Assembly (NCBI GenBank): GCA_965202625.1
Contig: CBDBBI010000010.1
Coordinates: forward strand, 1,728,001-1,792,000
Direction: 5' to 3'
DNA length: 64,000 nucleotides
Source of the DNA: a bacterium
GTDB lineage: Bacteria > UBA8248
This document shows, piece after piece, positions 1-9,995 of this stretch (positions within the stretch are counted from its first letter, which is position 1; every line of letters starts with the position of its first letter). Under the pieces are notes generated by a model. That model saw nothing but the letters and a program-made list of their open reading frames with translations. It made no database searches and was not told the origin of the DNA. A program made the translations under genes and the position numbers.

Positions 1-378
1 CGAACGCGCGCGCGGTGTGCCGAGGACGCCGCCCCGAGCCATCCAGCGGTTCAGCGCCAGATAGGCGAGATGAAAATCGCCCTGGAAACCGCGCGCATGA
101 TGATACAAAAAGCCGCCTGGGTACTGGAAACCCGGGGCGCGGCGGCGGCCGTCCCGTTCATCAACGAGGCGAAATGCGTCGCCTCCGAGGCGGCGGCATC
201 CATGACGGAGAAGGCGATGAAAATCGCGGGCCGCCCCGGCCTGGAGAACGACAAGCCGCTTCAGCGCTTTCACCGCGACGCCAGGGCAGCGCTGGTGATG
301 CCGCCCGGCACGGAAAAATGCCTGCAAATGGCGTCGAACGCCGTTTTGCGCCAAAATGGGGAAACGTCCATCTTCTGA
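1..378 (+). CDS. Acyl-CoA dehydrogenase family protein, C-terminal part (5' truncated by window edge)
   Basis: Frame open from base 1; ...HPAVQRQIGEMKIALETAR...EAKCVASEAA...LQRFHRDAR matches the C-terminal helical domain of acyl-CoA dehydrogenases. Confidence 0.8.
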   Translation, partial: RTRARCAEDAAPSHPAVQRQIGEMKIALETARMMIQKAAWVLETRGAAAAVPFINEAKCVASEAAASMTEKAMKIAGRPGLENDKPLQRFHRDARAALVMPPGTEKCLQMASNAVLRQNGETSIF

Positions 379-417
379 TTCGAGGCGAACTGACATTTTT
401 TTCACGAGGGAGAGCGC

Positions 418-2091
418 ATGAACAACGGAAACGGCTCGGACCTGTTCCTGGAGACGCTCATCGACGAGGGCGTCCGCTGCATCTTTGGCAATCCGGGTAC
501 CACCGAACTGCCCCTGATGGACGCGCTGGTGAACGAGCATAGACTCGACTACGTCCTCTGCCTTCAAGAGTCCGTCACCATTGGAGCCGCCGAGGGCTAC
601 GCCTACGCCACGGGCGGGGTGGGGGTGGTGAACCTCCACGTCGCGCCGGGTCTGGGCAACGCCATGGGGATGCTCTACAACGTCAAGCGCGCCGGCACCC
701 CCCTTCTCGTCACGGCGGGCAACCAGGGTCAGCGCGGCCAGCTCTCCGAACCCGTCCTCTGGGACGACTTGCCCCGCATGGCGGCACCGCTCACCAAATG
801 GGCCTACGAAGTGCGACGGGTGGAGGATTTGGAGCAAAGCGTCCGCCGGGCCGTCAAATACGCGCTCACCCCCCCTACGGGCCCGGTTTTCCTGTCGCTT
901 CCCGGCGACGTCATGCGCGCCGAAACGGACGGGCCCACGGGCCGCCCCACGCGGTTATCGAGTGCGTATCCCGCCTCCGCCGAATCGGTTGAACGCGCGG
1001 CGCGGATGCTCGCAGAGGCGCGCGCACCCCACATCGTCACCGGCTCGCGCGTCACGCGCTCGGGCGCGGTGGGCGAGGTCGCCCGGCTGGCCGAGCGCGT
1101 CGGAGCGAAGGTTTTTTGCGACAACCGCCCGAATTCCCTCTCGTTCCCCCTCGACCATCCCCTTTACGCGGGCGACCTCCCCAACACCATCGCGCCGCTT
1201 CTGGATCAGCTCGAGGGGGCGGACGTCGTATTCTTCATCGGCACGGAAACCTATTCCTTCTCCTTTCCGCCGGAAATTCCGCTCGCCCCGCGCGGGGCGC
1301 GCGTCATCCATCTGGACCTGGACCCCTGGGAGATCGGCAAAAACTTCCCCGTGGAGGTCGCCATGCCGGGAGACCCGAAGGCCACCCTCCCCGCCATCAC
1401 CGATGCGGTGGAGAGGACGCTGGGCGAAGCGGGGCTTCAAAGGGCGGGCGAGCGCAGGGAGCGGCTTGCGAGAGAGCTGGCGGCCTTGAGGGAGGAGAAC
1501 GCCCCCAAAGCGGGAGAGGATGGGGGTGCTCTGACGAAAGAGACCTTTCAGGCCGCGTTCGGAGACGCGCTGCCCAGGGGCGCCGCGCTGGTGGATGAGT
1601 CCCTCACCATGGGACACGGCGGAGGACTCAAGAACGCCATCGCCGGCAAGACAGACGCCATCTACGGCATGAAGGGAGGCGGCATCGGTTTGGGCCTGCC
1701 CAGCGCGCTGGGGGTGAAAAAGGCGCTGCCGGACACCCCCGTGGTCTGCCTGTCGGGAGACGGCTCCGCCATGTATTCCATCCAGGCGCTTTGGAGCGCG
1801 GCGAAATACGACCTCGGCGCCCTCTTCGTGATTCTCAACAACAAAAGCTACCGGATTCTGAAGGAACGCGTTCTCCGACTCGACGGCAAAACGCAGGAGC
1901 ACAGAAAATTCGTCGCCATGGACTTCAAGGAGCCCGAGCTCGACTTCATCCAGATGGCCAGCGCCATGGGCGTGCGCGCCGAGCGGGCGAGAACGCCGGC
2001 GGAACTCAAAAGCGCCATGCGGGAAGCGCTGGCATCGGGCGCGCCGCGCCTCATCGACGCCCACGTCGAATACGAACGACTGGAGAACTGA
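418..2091 (+). CDS. ThDP-dependent decarboxylase, benzoylformate decarboxylase-like
   Basis: IFGNPGTTELP N-terminus, NLHVAPGLGN, and the GDGSAMYSIQALW...NN ThDP-binding motif. Confidence 0.9.
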   Translation: MNNGNGSDLFLETLIDEGVRCIFGNPGTTELPLMDALVNEHRLDYVLCLQESVTIGAAEGYAYATGGVGVVNLHVAPGLGNAMGMLYNVKRAGTPLLVTAGNQGQRGQLSEPVLWDDLPRMAAPLTKWAYEVRRVEDLEQSVRRAVKYALTPPTGPVFLSLPGDVMRAETDGPTGRPTRLSSAYPASAESVERAARMLAEARAPHIVTGSRVTRSGAVGEVARLAERVGAKVFCDNRPNSLSFPLDHPLYAGDLPNTIAPLLDQLEGADVVFFIGTETYSFSFPPEIPLAPRGARVIHLDLDPWEIGKNFPVEVAMPGDPKATLPAITDAVERTLGEAGLQRAGERRERLARELAALREENAPKAGEDGGALTKETFQAAFGDALPRGAALVDESLTMGHGGGLKNAIAGKTDAIYGMKGGGIGLGLPSALGVKKALPDTPVVCLSGDGSAMYSIQALWSAAKYDLGALFVILNNKSYRILKERVLRLDGKTQEHRKFVAMDFKEPELDFIQMASAMGVRAERARTPAELKSAMREALASGAPRLIDAHVEYERLEN

Positions 2092-2095
2092 CCCC

Positions 2096-3346
2096 TCAGA
2101 CGACGCCCATCTTCTCGCCGTAGGCTTCGAGAGCGCGTTCGAAGCAGGCGAGCGGTGCGCGCACCACGCCCGCGCCCACCTGGCCGACTCCGGGCTTCCG
2201 GTGCGCGATGCCCGTGTTGATGAGGGGCGTCACGCCGAGCCGCACCACCCGAATGACGTCGATTCCCGCAGGAGTCCCCTGAAAGTCGAGTGCGGGAATC
2301 GTCCACTCCGGGTTTTGCGCCTGGGTGATCGCATACATGGAGCGGGAATGATGCAGCGCGTCCGCCGCACTCCCCGCCCCCACGAACCCGACGACGGCGG
2401 GTGCGGCGGCCATGGCGAATCCCCCCAGCCCCATCGTCTCGATGATCGTGGAATCGCCCATGTCCGGATTCGCGTCCTCCTCGCCAAAACCTGGAAAATA
2501 CAACCCCTCCGGCATCTCGACAGGAGCCGTGAACCACTCGTCTCCCGTCGCGCTCACCCGAATTCCGAAATCCGTTCCATTACGCGACATCGCCGTGACG
2601 ACGCTCGAACCCGCAATACCGCGCACCGGGTCCATCACCGCCTTTCCGGCCGCCATCGCCACGTTCAGGAAAAACTGATCGTTGCCCCCGATGAAGGACA
2701 ACACCTCCTCCAGCGTCCCCCTCTCCCGCACAGCGCGCGCGAGGGCGGGTGCCGTCTCGCGCAGGAAGAGACTCGTACAGGCCACGTTGCGCTGGTGCAT
2801 TTCATCGCCCATCGAAAGCCCCCGCGCGATGATGCGCTTGAGCGGCAGCCCCCCCATGCTCCGGAGCGCCCCGGAGAGCGCCGGCGCCAGTCGAGCGGCC
2901 ATCCAGCGCAGCCGGGCGAGTACCTCCTCGTCGTTTCCGCCGAAGCGCATCACCTTCCCCAAGCCCTCGTTCAGGACGCAGTAGGCCCGGTTTCCAAATT
3001 TCGCGTTCTCCACGATCATGACCGGCATCGAGGGCGTGGTGACGCCCGTCATGGGGCCGACGGCGTCGAAATGATGGTTCGGATGGAACGCCACCTCGCC
3101 CGAGGCGGCGAGCACCTCCGCCGAGGCCAGGTCATCCGCCCATCCTTCCAGGACGACCGCTCCCGCAATCGCCCCGCGCAGGGGACCGCACATTCTCGCC
3201 CACTCGACAGGGGGTCCCGCATGCAGGAGAACGCCCGCGTCCAAGCCCTGGATCACCTCGCCCGCCGGACGCACGTCCACCAGAACGGGGTCGGCGCCGA
3301 TGATGCGGGAGGTCGCCTCCGCGTTCGCGTCCGTGATCACGCCCAT
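2096..3346 (-). CDS. DUF1116 / YlbE (AllG-like) family protein
   Basis: LLHAGPP, NEGLGKVMRFG, MGDEMHQRN, DMGDSTIIET and INTGIAH motifs of DUF1116. Confidence 0.85.
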   Translation of the reverse strand: MGVITDANAEATSRIIGADPVLVDVRPAGEVIQGLDAGVLLHAGPPVEWARMCGPLRGAIAGAVVLEGWADDLASAEVLAASGEVAFHPNHHFDAVGPMTGVTTPSMPVMIVENAKFGNRAYCVLNEGLGKVMRFGGNDEEVLARLRWMAARLAPALSGALRSMGGLPLKRIIARGLSMGDEMHQRNVACTSLFLRETAPALARAVRERGTLEEVLSFIGGNDQFFLNVAMAAGKAVMDPVRGIAGSSVVTAMSRNGTDFGIRVSATGDEWFTAPVEMPEGLYFPGFGEEDANPDMGDSTIIETMGLGGFAMAAAPAVVGFVGAGSAADALHHSRSMYAITQAQNPEWTIPALDFQGTPAGIDVIRVVRLGVTPLINTGIAHRKPGVGQVGAGVVRAPLACFERALEAYGEKMGVV

Positions 3347-4605
3347 TCAGCCATCTCCCGCCAGGTCGTCTCCACGACGTTCTCCACGAGGACGCGCCCG
3401 CCCTTCACCACGAATCTCTTCTCGGGCTGATCGATGAGGACGTCGTCGAAATTCACCGAATCAAGAACCACGAAGTCCGCCGCGCACCCGGGGCGCAAGC
3501 CGTAGGCATCCTCCACTCCGAGTGCCCGCGCGCCATTGGTCGTGAACAGGGCGGGCACCGCGCCCCTCTCCGAGGCGCCGCTCATGTGGAGGGCGTGAGC
3601 GAGAAGAAGGCCGGCCTCGAGCAAATCCCCGCGCCCCGAGGGCGTAAAGGCGTTGCGAATGTTGTTGGACGAGATGGCGACGTTGACGCCCGCCCGCAAG
3701 AGGTCCTTGACGGGAGCGAGGCTTCGAAAGCGGGGCGCACGGCATCCCCTGCCGCCCAGAAACAAATCCGTCGCCGGAAGCGGCAGGACGGAGATGCCCG
3801 CCTCGAGAATTTTCTCGATGATCGACGCGGCCGCAGCCGGTGGGGCCGCACCAAGCGACGTGAGGTGGGCTACGGCCACCCTCCCCTGCAGACCGGCGGC
3901 GATCGTTCGGGCGGCCACGGATTCGATGCGCCTCTCGTCCGGATCGTCCGAGAAGTCCAGATGAAGGTCCAGGCCGCAGCCGCAAGCCGCAGCCATTCTG
4001 AAAACGACGTCCAGATGCCGCTCGGGGTCGAGGTCGTTGTAAGGGATTGCGCCCACGAGGTCTCCGCCCATCCGCATCGCCTCGCGCATCAACTCCTCCG
4101 TGCCCGGCTGCTTCTCGATGCCCTCCTGCGGAAAAACGACCAGCTGAAAATCCGCCTGGCCCGCGTATTTCTCCTTGAGCTCCAGGGCGACCTCCACGCC
4201 CTTCAGCCCGACGATGGGGTCCACCTCCACCTGCGTCCGGAACCACGTGGTGCCATGTCGAATCGCCATGCGCAGCGCGCGCTCGGCGCGCTCCATGATG
4301 TCGCGTTTCGTCACGCCCCTCTTCAGGGCGAACGTGATGGATATGGCGTCCTCAAGCGTTCCGGAGCAATTGGGGGCGCGCTCCTCCAAAAACGCCTTGT
4401 CCAGATGGATATGACTCTCCACGAACGCGGGCAGAACGACGCGACCGCCCACATCGATCTCCTCGCATCCTCTCTCGTTTCTGGGGCGTGCCCCGATCAT
4501 CGAGAACCGCCCCCCGGCGACGCACATGTCCACCAGGGGTCCTTGGGATTCGACCCTGGCGTTTCTGAAAATTCTCTCATCCGGAATTGCGGCGCGCATG
4601 GGCAT
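3337..4605 (-). CDS. Cytosine deaminase-like metal-dependent amidohydrolase with a non-canonical active site
   Basis: ESHIHLDK HxH motif, FPQEG, AHLTSL; overall CodA-like layout. Confidence 0.8.
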   Translation of the reverse strand: MPMRAAIPDERIFRNARVESQGPLVDMCVAGGRFSMIGARPRNERGCEEIDVGGRVVLPAFVESHIHLDKAFLEERAPNCSGTLEDAISITFALKRGVTKRDIMERAERALRMAIRHGTTWFRTQVEVDPIVGLKGVEVALELKEKYAGQADFQLVVFPQEGIEKQPGTEELMREAMRMGGDLVGAIPYNDLDPERHLDVVFRMAAACGCGLDLHLDFSDDPDERRIESVAARTIAAGLQGRVAVAHLTSLGAAPPAAAASIIEKILEAGISVLPLPATDLFLGGRGCRAPRFRSLAPVKDLLRAGVNVAISSNNIRNAFTPSGRGDLLEAGLLLAHALHMSGASERGAVPALFTTNGARALGVEDAYGLRPGCAADFVVLDSVNFDDVLIDQPEKRFVVKGGRVLVENVVETTWREMAEWA

Positions 4606-4775
4606 CCCACCGGAGCGAAATCTCGCCTTCAGAGAGACGAAACGCGCGGGGAGAGATTCCCGCCCCCTCCGCCCCCCATGGCAAAAACGAAAGTCGAGCG
4701 CATGAACCTTACCCTACCTACTCGGATTCTCGCCAGCGAGAAAGGGGGAACGAGAAGGGCGACCCCTCCATCCGC

Positions 4776-4805
4776 TTGACCGCCGCCGAGAACCAGAAGC
4801 ATAAT
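4776..4805 (+). promoter_or_regulatory. Putative sigma70 promoter of the ABC transporter operon
   Basis: TTGACC-N18-CATAAT about 110 bp upstream of the first permease. Confidence 0.4.
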
Positions 4806-4917
4806 GAAGCGTTCGACGTGATATTTTCATACTGATTCTCATGCAATTCGACGCTCCGGGGATGCGCCGCGGGCTCCTCGCGCGCGGTGCGCGTCCTTCA
4901 GAACAAGCGAGACGTGA

Positions 4918-6015
4918 ATGACCACCCTGAGCTTCGCCAACATCCTCGTTCTGAGCTACAACTCTCTCTCCTACGCGGCGATTTTATTTCTCCTGGCGAG
5001 CGGACTCTCTCTCATCTTCGGCGTGATGCGCATCGTGAACCTCGCCCACGCCGCCTTCTTCCTGTTCGCCGGATACCTCGCCCTGGAATTCTACAACGTC
5101 ATATTCGGCTCCTTGAGCCTGTTGCCGAGAATCGTTCAAATCCTCTCATGGGCACTTCTTTATCTGGCGTGGCGAGGGCTCACGCAATGGGTCGCTCCCC
5201 AGCGCGCCGCGCTTGCGCTGCTCCTCGCCTACGTCGTTCTGGAAGCCGCCAGCAGCCTGATATGGGGCTTCAAATTCTTCGAGCTCTTCTTTCCGCACGT
5301 GCCCGTGAAGCCCGTCGACAAGATCAACTTCGCGGCCATGATCGCCGCCATCGTCGTCGCCCTCTCGGTCGCCGCGCTGTGCGGCATGCTCATCGAGCGC
5401 TTCTTCCTCCGCCGCCTCGGGCAGGACACCCTGGCGCAGGTGCTGGTGACCATCGGTTTCGCGTTCATCCTGCAAGACGGCTCCCTCTACACCTGGGGCG
5501 GGGACAACTTCATGCTCCAGCAGCCTTGGCCCCTCAACTACAGCGCGGTGATAGGGGGATTGTCGCTGCCCCAGTATCGCGCCTTCATGATCCTCATCGC
5601 CGTCCTGGTGGCCCTCGCCCTGTTCCTCGGAATAGAGCGCACCCGCCTCGGCGCCATCATGCGCGCGGCGGTGGACGACCCCGAGATGGCGCGCGGAATC
5701 GGCATCAACACCAACGTCGTGCAAATGGCGATATTCGCCCTCGGCGCGCTTCTGGCCGCCACGGGCGGCGTGGTGGGCGGCGCGTTTTTCGGCGTCTATC
5801 CAGGGCTTGACTTCGAGATACTGCCCTACGCTTTCGCCGTGGTGATCATCGGCGGACTGGGCAGCCTGGGGGGTGCCGTCATCGGCAGCGTCGTGGTCGG
5901 CTTCATCGAGAACTTCGGGACGGCCCTGTTTCCGGAGCTCTCCTATTTTGCGCTCTTCGCGCCCATGGCGATCATTCTGGCGATCAAGCCGACGGGCCTG
6001 TTCGGAAAGGGTTGA
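4918..6015 (+). CDS. livH: Branched-chain amino acid-type ABC transporter permease (LivH-like)
   Basis: GLSLIFGVMRIVNLAH, TRLGAIMRA...GIN, VIIGGLGSLGG; hydrophobic. Confidence 0.9.
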   Translation: MTTLSFANILVLSYNSLSYAAILFLLASGLSLIFGVMRIVNLAHAAFFLFAGYLALEFYNVIFGSLSLLPRIVQILSWALLYLAWRGLTQWVAPQRAALALLLAYVVLEAASSLIWGFKFFELFFPHVPVKPVDKINFAAMIAAIVVALSVAALCGMLIERFFLRRLGQDTLAQVLVTIGFAFILQDGSLYTWGGDNFMLQQPWPLNYSAVIGGLSLPQYRAFMILIAVLVALALFLGIERTRLGAIMRAAVDDPEMARGIGINTNVVQMAIFALGALLAATGGVVGGAFFGVYPGLDFEILPYAFAVVIIGGLGSLGGAVIGSVVVGFIENFGTALFPELSYFALFAPMAIILAIKPTGLFGKG

Positions 6016-6021
6016 CCCCTG

Positions 6022-7044
6022 ATGGAGAACCCGGCAGAGAAAAGGAGGGTGTTCGTCGTCCTGGGCGTGTTCGCCGCCCTCGGCGCCATCACGCCGTTTC
6101 TGGACCTCTTCATGCAAAGCCTGGTGACGGAGATTCTCGTTTTCGGCATTCTGGCCATGAGCCTGGACATCCTTCTCGGGTTCACCGGCCTGGCCTCCCT
6201 GGGACACGCCGCCTACTTCGGCGTCGCCTCCTACACCACGGCCATCATCATGACAAAAGAGGACTGGACGTGGACCTACGCCGCCTTCCAGTGGTCCAAC
6301 GACCTGGGGCTGGGCATCTTCTACGTCTTCATATTCGGCGTCGTCGTGGCCCTGGCCTTCGCCTCGTTCTTCGGCTTTCTGGCCATACGCGCCGTCGGCG
6401 TGTATTTTCTGATGATCACCCTCTCCCTCGCCATGGTCGTCTGGGGGCTGGCGTATCGCTGGAGTGCCGTGACGGAGGGCGACAACGGCATCAACGTGCT
6501 GGAGAGACCCTCGTTGCTCGGCATATCGCTGGAATCGGAAATTCCGTTTTTCTATTTCACGCTCGCGGTGTTCCTCGTCTGCCTCGCCCTGATGTATCTG
6601 TTCGTGAGAAGCCCCTTCGGAAAAACGCTGGTCGGCATCAGGGAGCGCGAGGAGCGCATGGAGATGCTCGGCTACAACGTCTGGCTTCACAAATATCTCG
6701 CGTTCATCATCGCGGGCGCATTCAGCGGCGTCGCGGGCGTGATGTGGACGCTGTTCAACCTGTTCGTGAGTCCGCCGGACATCGAGCTCATCACCTCGGC
6801 CGAGGCCCTCTTCATGGTGGCACTGGGCGGCCCCGCCACCCTGGTCGGCCCGGTGATCGGCTCGGCCATCATCCGTTCGCTGCAACAATTCATCAGCATT
6901 TACGTGGAACGATGGCCGCTCATTCTGGGTGCGATCTACATCATCACCATCATGCTGGGACGCCTCTACGGAGTAGAGGGAATTCTTGGGCTATTCGGCA
7001 AGTTTCGCAAACCCGCCGCGCGATCGGAAGCCCCCGAGGGATGA
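6022..7044 (+). CDS. livM: ABC transporter permease (LivM-like)
   Basis: GFTGLASLGHAAYFG, SPFGKTLVGIRE, VALGG...GPVIG. Confidence 0.9.
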   Translation: MENPAEKRRVFVVLGVFAALGAITPFLDLFMQSLVTEILVFGILAMSLDILLGFTGLASLGHAAYFGVASYTTAIIMTKEDWTWTYAAFQWSNDLGLGIFYVFIFGVVVALAFASFFGFLAIRAVGVYFLMITLSLAMVVWGLAYRWSAVTEGDNGINVLERPSLLGISLESEIPFFYFTLAVFLVCLALMYLFVRSPFGKTLVGIREREERMEMLGYNVWLHKYLAFIIAGAFSGVAGVMWTLFNLFVSPPDIELITSAEALFMVALGGPATLVGPVIGSAIIRSLQQFISIYVERWPLILGAIYIITIMLGRLYGVEGILGLFGKFRKPAARSEAPEG

Positions 7045-7092
7045 GGATGGCGCGTACCTGAACTTTCCAAACGAACGAAAGGAGGAGAAGAC

Positions 7093-8346
7093 ATGAAACG
7101 CAAAATTGTTACCATCGTCGCAGGATTCGGCCTCGCCCTTTGGGCCGGGCTCGGCGACGCCCGCGCCGCCGAGGTGCGCATCGGGTTCATCGCGCCGATG
7201 ACAGGCATCTTCGCCCAGATCGGCAAGGACATGCGCAACGGCTTCAATATGTATCTGGAGCACGTCAACAACAAGATGGGACCTCTGGACGTGAAGTTCA
7301 TTCTCGAGGATTCCACCGGAAAACCCGCCGTGAACGTGCGCAAGGCACTCAAACTCATCAAGCGCGACAAGGTGCACATGTTCATGGGAGGTCTGCTCGC
7401 CAGCACGGGATACGCCCTCGCCCCCGTCGCCAACCGCTTCAAGGTGCCCTACATCTCGCCCGTGCCGGCGGCGGACGACCTCACCCAGCGCAAACTTTTC
7501 AAATACTTTCTGCGCAGCGGCTTCACGAGCAGCCAGAACAGCCACCCCCTCGCCGAATGGGCCTATGACCAGGGCTATCGCCGCATCGTCACCATCGGCG
7601 CGGACTACGCCTTCGGCTACGAGACCGTGGGGGGCTTCCACAAGGCCTTCGAGGAGCGCGGCGGCAAGATCGTCAAGAGGATATGGGCGAAACTCGGCAC
7701 GAAAGACTTTGGCCCCTACCTGCCGCAGATTCCCAAGGACGCCGACGCCATCTTCACCCTGATGGTGGGCCCGATGTCCCTCGCCTTCCCGAAGCAGTTT
7801 CGCGCGGCCGGCTTCAAGATGCCGATGCTCGGCGGCGTTACGAGCGCGGATGAGTTCATCCTCCCCAGCATGGGCGACGAGGCGCTCGGCTACGTGACGT
7901 CCGCGCAATACAGCGCCGCTCTCGAGACGGACAAAAACAAGGCGTTCGTCAAGGAATACCAGCAGCGCTACGGGAAGATGGCCTCCTATTACTCGGAGAC
8001 CACCTACACGACGGGCCAGTGGGTGAACCTCACGCTCAAGAAAATCGGCTACAAACCAGAGGATGCAGATGCGTTCCTCAAGGCGTTCAAGACCATTCGC
8101 ATCGACGCCATTCGAGGGCCGGTGTATCTGGATACGTTCGGAAACCCGATACAGAACAGCTACGTCCGGCGCGTGACCCGCGTCCCGGGAGACCGCCTGG
8201 GTTTGGGCGTGAAGCCAAACGCGCTCTGGAACGTGGTGATCAAGACCTACCCAGCCGTGGGGCAGTTCTGGAAGTGGAAGGCAGAGGATTTCCTGAAAAA
8301 CCCCGTCTATAGCAAGAAATACCCGTCTTGCCCGAATTGTCAATAA
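7093..8346 (+). CDS. ABC transporter substrate-binding protein (LivJ/K family)
   Basis: Signal peptide, IGFIAPMTG, DYAFG; GGAGGAG RBS. Confidence 0.9.
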   Translation: MKRKIVTIVAGFGLALWAGLGDARAAEVRIGFIAPMTGIFAQIGKDMRNGFNMYLEHVNNKMGPLDVKFILEDSTGKPAVNVRKALKLIKRDKVHMFMGGLLASTGYALAPVANRFKVPYISPVPAADDLTQRKLFKYFLRSGFTSSQNSHPLAEWAYDQGYRRIVTIGADYAFGYETVGGFHKAFEERGGKIVKRIWAKLGTKDFGPYLPQIPKDADAIFTLMVGPMSLAFPKQFRAAGFKMPMLGGVTSADEFILPSMGDEALGYVTSAQYSAALETDKNKAFVKEYQQRYGKMASYYSETTYTTGQWVNLTLKKIGYKPEDADAFLKAFKTIRIDAIRGPVYLDTFGNPIQNSYVRRVTRVPGDRLGLGVKPNALWNVVIKTYPAVGQFWKWKAEDFLKNPVYSKKYPSCPNCQ

Positions 8347-8357
8347 GTCGGTCCACC

Positions 8358-8390
8358 CCCTCGCCCGAGCCTTCTCAGCCCGGGCGAGGG
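8358..8390 (+). other. Intergenic stem-loop after the binding-protein gene (mRNA stabiliser or attenuator)
   Basis: CCCTCGCCCG...CGGGCGAGGG perfect 10-bp inverted repeat with no U tract. Confidence 0.55.
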
Positions 8391-8428
8391 ATGCAGGCCG
8401 ACCCTTCAGGGAGGCGAGGAGTTTCGTT

Positions 8429-9184
8429 TTGGCGGACCCACAACCGGGACTTGAACTAGAGAGCGTCACCAAGCATTTTGGCGGCCTTCACGCGGTAGAG
8501 AACGTGTGCTTGTGCCTGAAAGCCGGAGAGCGGCGGGGCATTCTGGGGCCGAACGGAGCGGGGAAGACCACCCTGTTTCACCTGATAACGGGCGTTCTTC
8601 CGCTCACGTCGGGCCGCATCCGCCTTTTTGGACAGGACGTCTCCGGGTGGCCCACCTACAAGCGCGTGGCCCTGGGCATGGCGCGCACCTTTCAAATTAC
8701 CAGCCTGTTTCCAAAGCTCACCGTTCTCGAGAACGTTTTGCTCGCCGCCCAAGGCTTGCGAAAAATGAAAATGATGATGCTCAAACCCCTCTTCAAATAC
8801 AAAGACGTATGCGAAAAGGCGGAAAGCCTGCTCAGCGAGGTCCATTTCTGGCATTTGCGGAACCATGAAGTGCGCAACCTCTCCCATGGAGAGCAGCGGC
8901 AGCTCGAGATCGTCCTCGCCCTGGCGAGCGACCCGAAGGTTCTGCTTCTGGATGAGCCTTCCGCCGGGCTGGCGACGGGCGAATCCCGCGAGATGGCCGA
9001 TTTCCTGAAATCGCTGAAACCGGAGATAGCGATTCTCATCATCGAGCACGACCTGGACGTCATATTCGAGGTCGTCTCCCACATCAGCGTCCTGCACTAT
9101 GGCGAGGTTCTCGCCGAGGGGCCCAGTGCCGACATCCGCAACGACCCCCAGGTTCAGGAAATCTACCTCGGAAAGGCGGACTGA
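8429..9184 (+). CDS. livG: ABC transporter ATP-binding protein (LivG-like)
   Basis: Walker A GPNGAGKT, LSHGEQ signature, LLLDEP Walker B. Confidence 0.92.
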   Translation: MADPQPGLELESVTKHFGGLHAVENVCLCLKAGERRGILGPNGAGKTTLFHLITGVLPLTSGRIRLFGQDVSGWPTYKRVALGMARTFQITSLFPKLTVLENVLLAAQGLRKMKMMMLKPLFKYKDVCEKAESLLSEVHFWHLRNHEVRNLSHGEQRQLEIVLALASDPKVLLLDEPSAGLATGESREMADFLKSLKPEIAILIIEHDLDVIFEVVSHISVLHYGEVLAEGPSADIRNDPQVQEIYLGKAD

Positions 9185-9185
9185 A

Positions 9186-9896
9186 GTGTCGACTCTCCTG
9201 AGCGTGGACGACGTCCACACCTACTATGGCGATTCCTACGTCCTTCAGGGTCTGAGCATTCAGGTCGCCGAGGGGGAAACGCTGGGAATTCTGGGCAGAA
9301 ACGGCATGGGAAAGACGACGCTGATCAACTCGATCATGGGTTTCACGCCGCCGAGGCGGGGCCGCATTCTCTTTCGGGGCAAGAACATCACGGCGGCGAG
9401 CAGCTTTGAAATCTCAAAGATGGGAATCGGCCTGTGCCCGCAGGGAAGGCGCGTGTTTCCGACCCTCTCGGTGCGCGAGAATCTCCTGGTGGCACAACAG
9501 GAACATGATGGGGGATATCGCTGGAATTTCAGGGAAGTGTATGAACTCTTCCCCCGTCTCGGCGAGCGCGCCAGCCAGCGGGCGGGTTCGCTCTCCGGCG
9601 GAGAGCAGCAGATGCTAGCCGTGGCCCGCGCCCTGATGACCAACCCGAGCTGCCTCATTCTCGATGAGCCATCCGAGGGGCTGGCGCCGATGATCATTCA
9701 GGACATTGGAAGCGCCATTCAATCGCTCAAATCCGAGGGGCTCTCCGTCGTGCTCGTCGAGCAGAACGCCGCCTTCGCCGTCAAGACGGTGGACAGGGTT
9801 TGCGTCATCACGAACGGGAAGGTCGTCCACGCATCCTCGCCGCAGGAATTGTGGGGGAACGAGGAGATCAGGAAAACCCACCTCGGAATCGGCTGA
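9186..9896 (+). CDS. livF: ABC transporter ATP-binding protein (LivF-like)
   Basis: GRNGMGKT, LSGGEQQ, ILDEPSEGL; GTG start inferred just after the livG stop. Confidence 0.9.
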   Translation: MSTLLSVDDVHTYYGDSYVLQGLSIQVAEGETLGILGRNGMGKTTLINSIMGFTPPRRGRILFRGKNITAASSFEISKMGIGLCPQGRRVFPTLSVRENLLVAQQEHDGGYRWNFREVYELFPRLGERASQRAGSLSGGEQQMLAVARALMTNPSCLILDEPSEGLAPMIIQDIGSAIQSLKSEGLSVVLVEQNAAFAVKTVDRVCVITNGKVVHASSPQELWGNEEIRKTHLGIG

Positions 9897-9995
9897 AGCA
9901 CCGCCGCAACGCCCGGAACCCTGTTGGCTGCTGGAGACGACGAGCATAAACACCGCGTCGCCTTGACGCGCAATCTCCGTGAAAAAACCGCCGAA

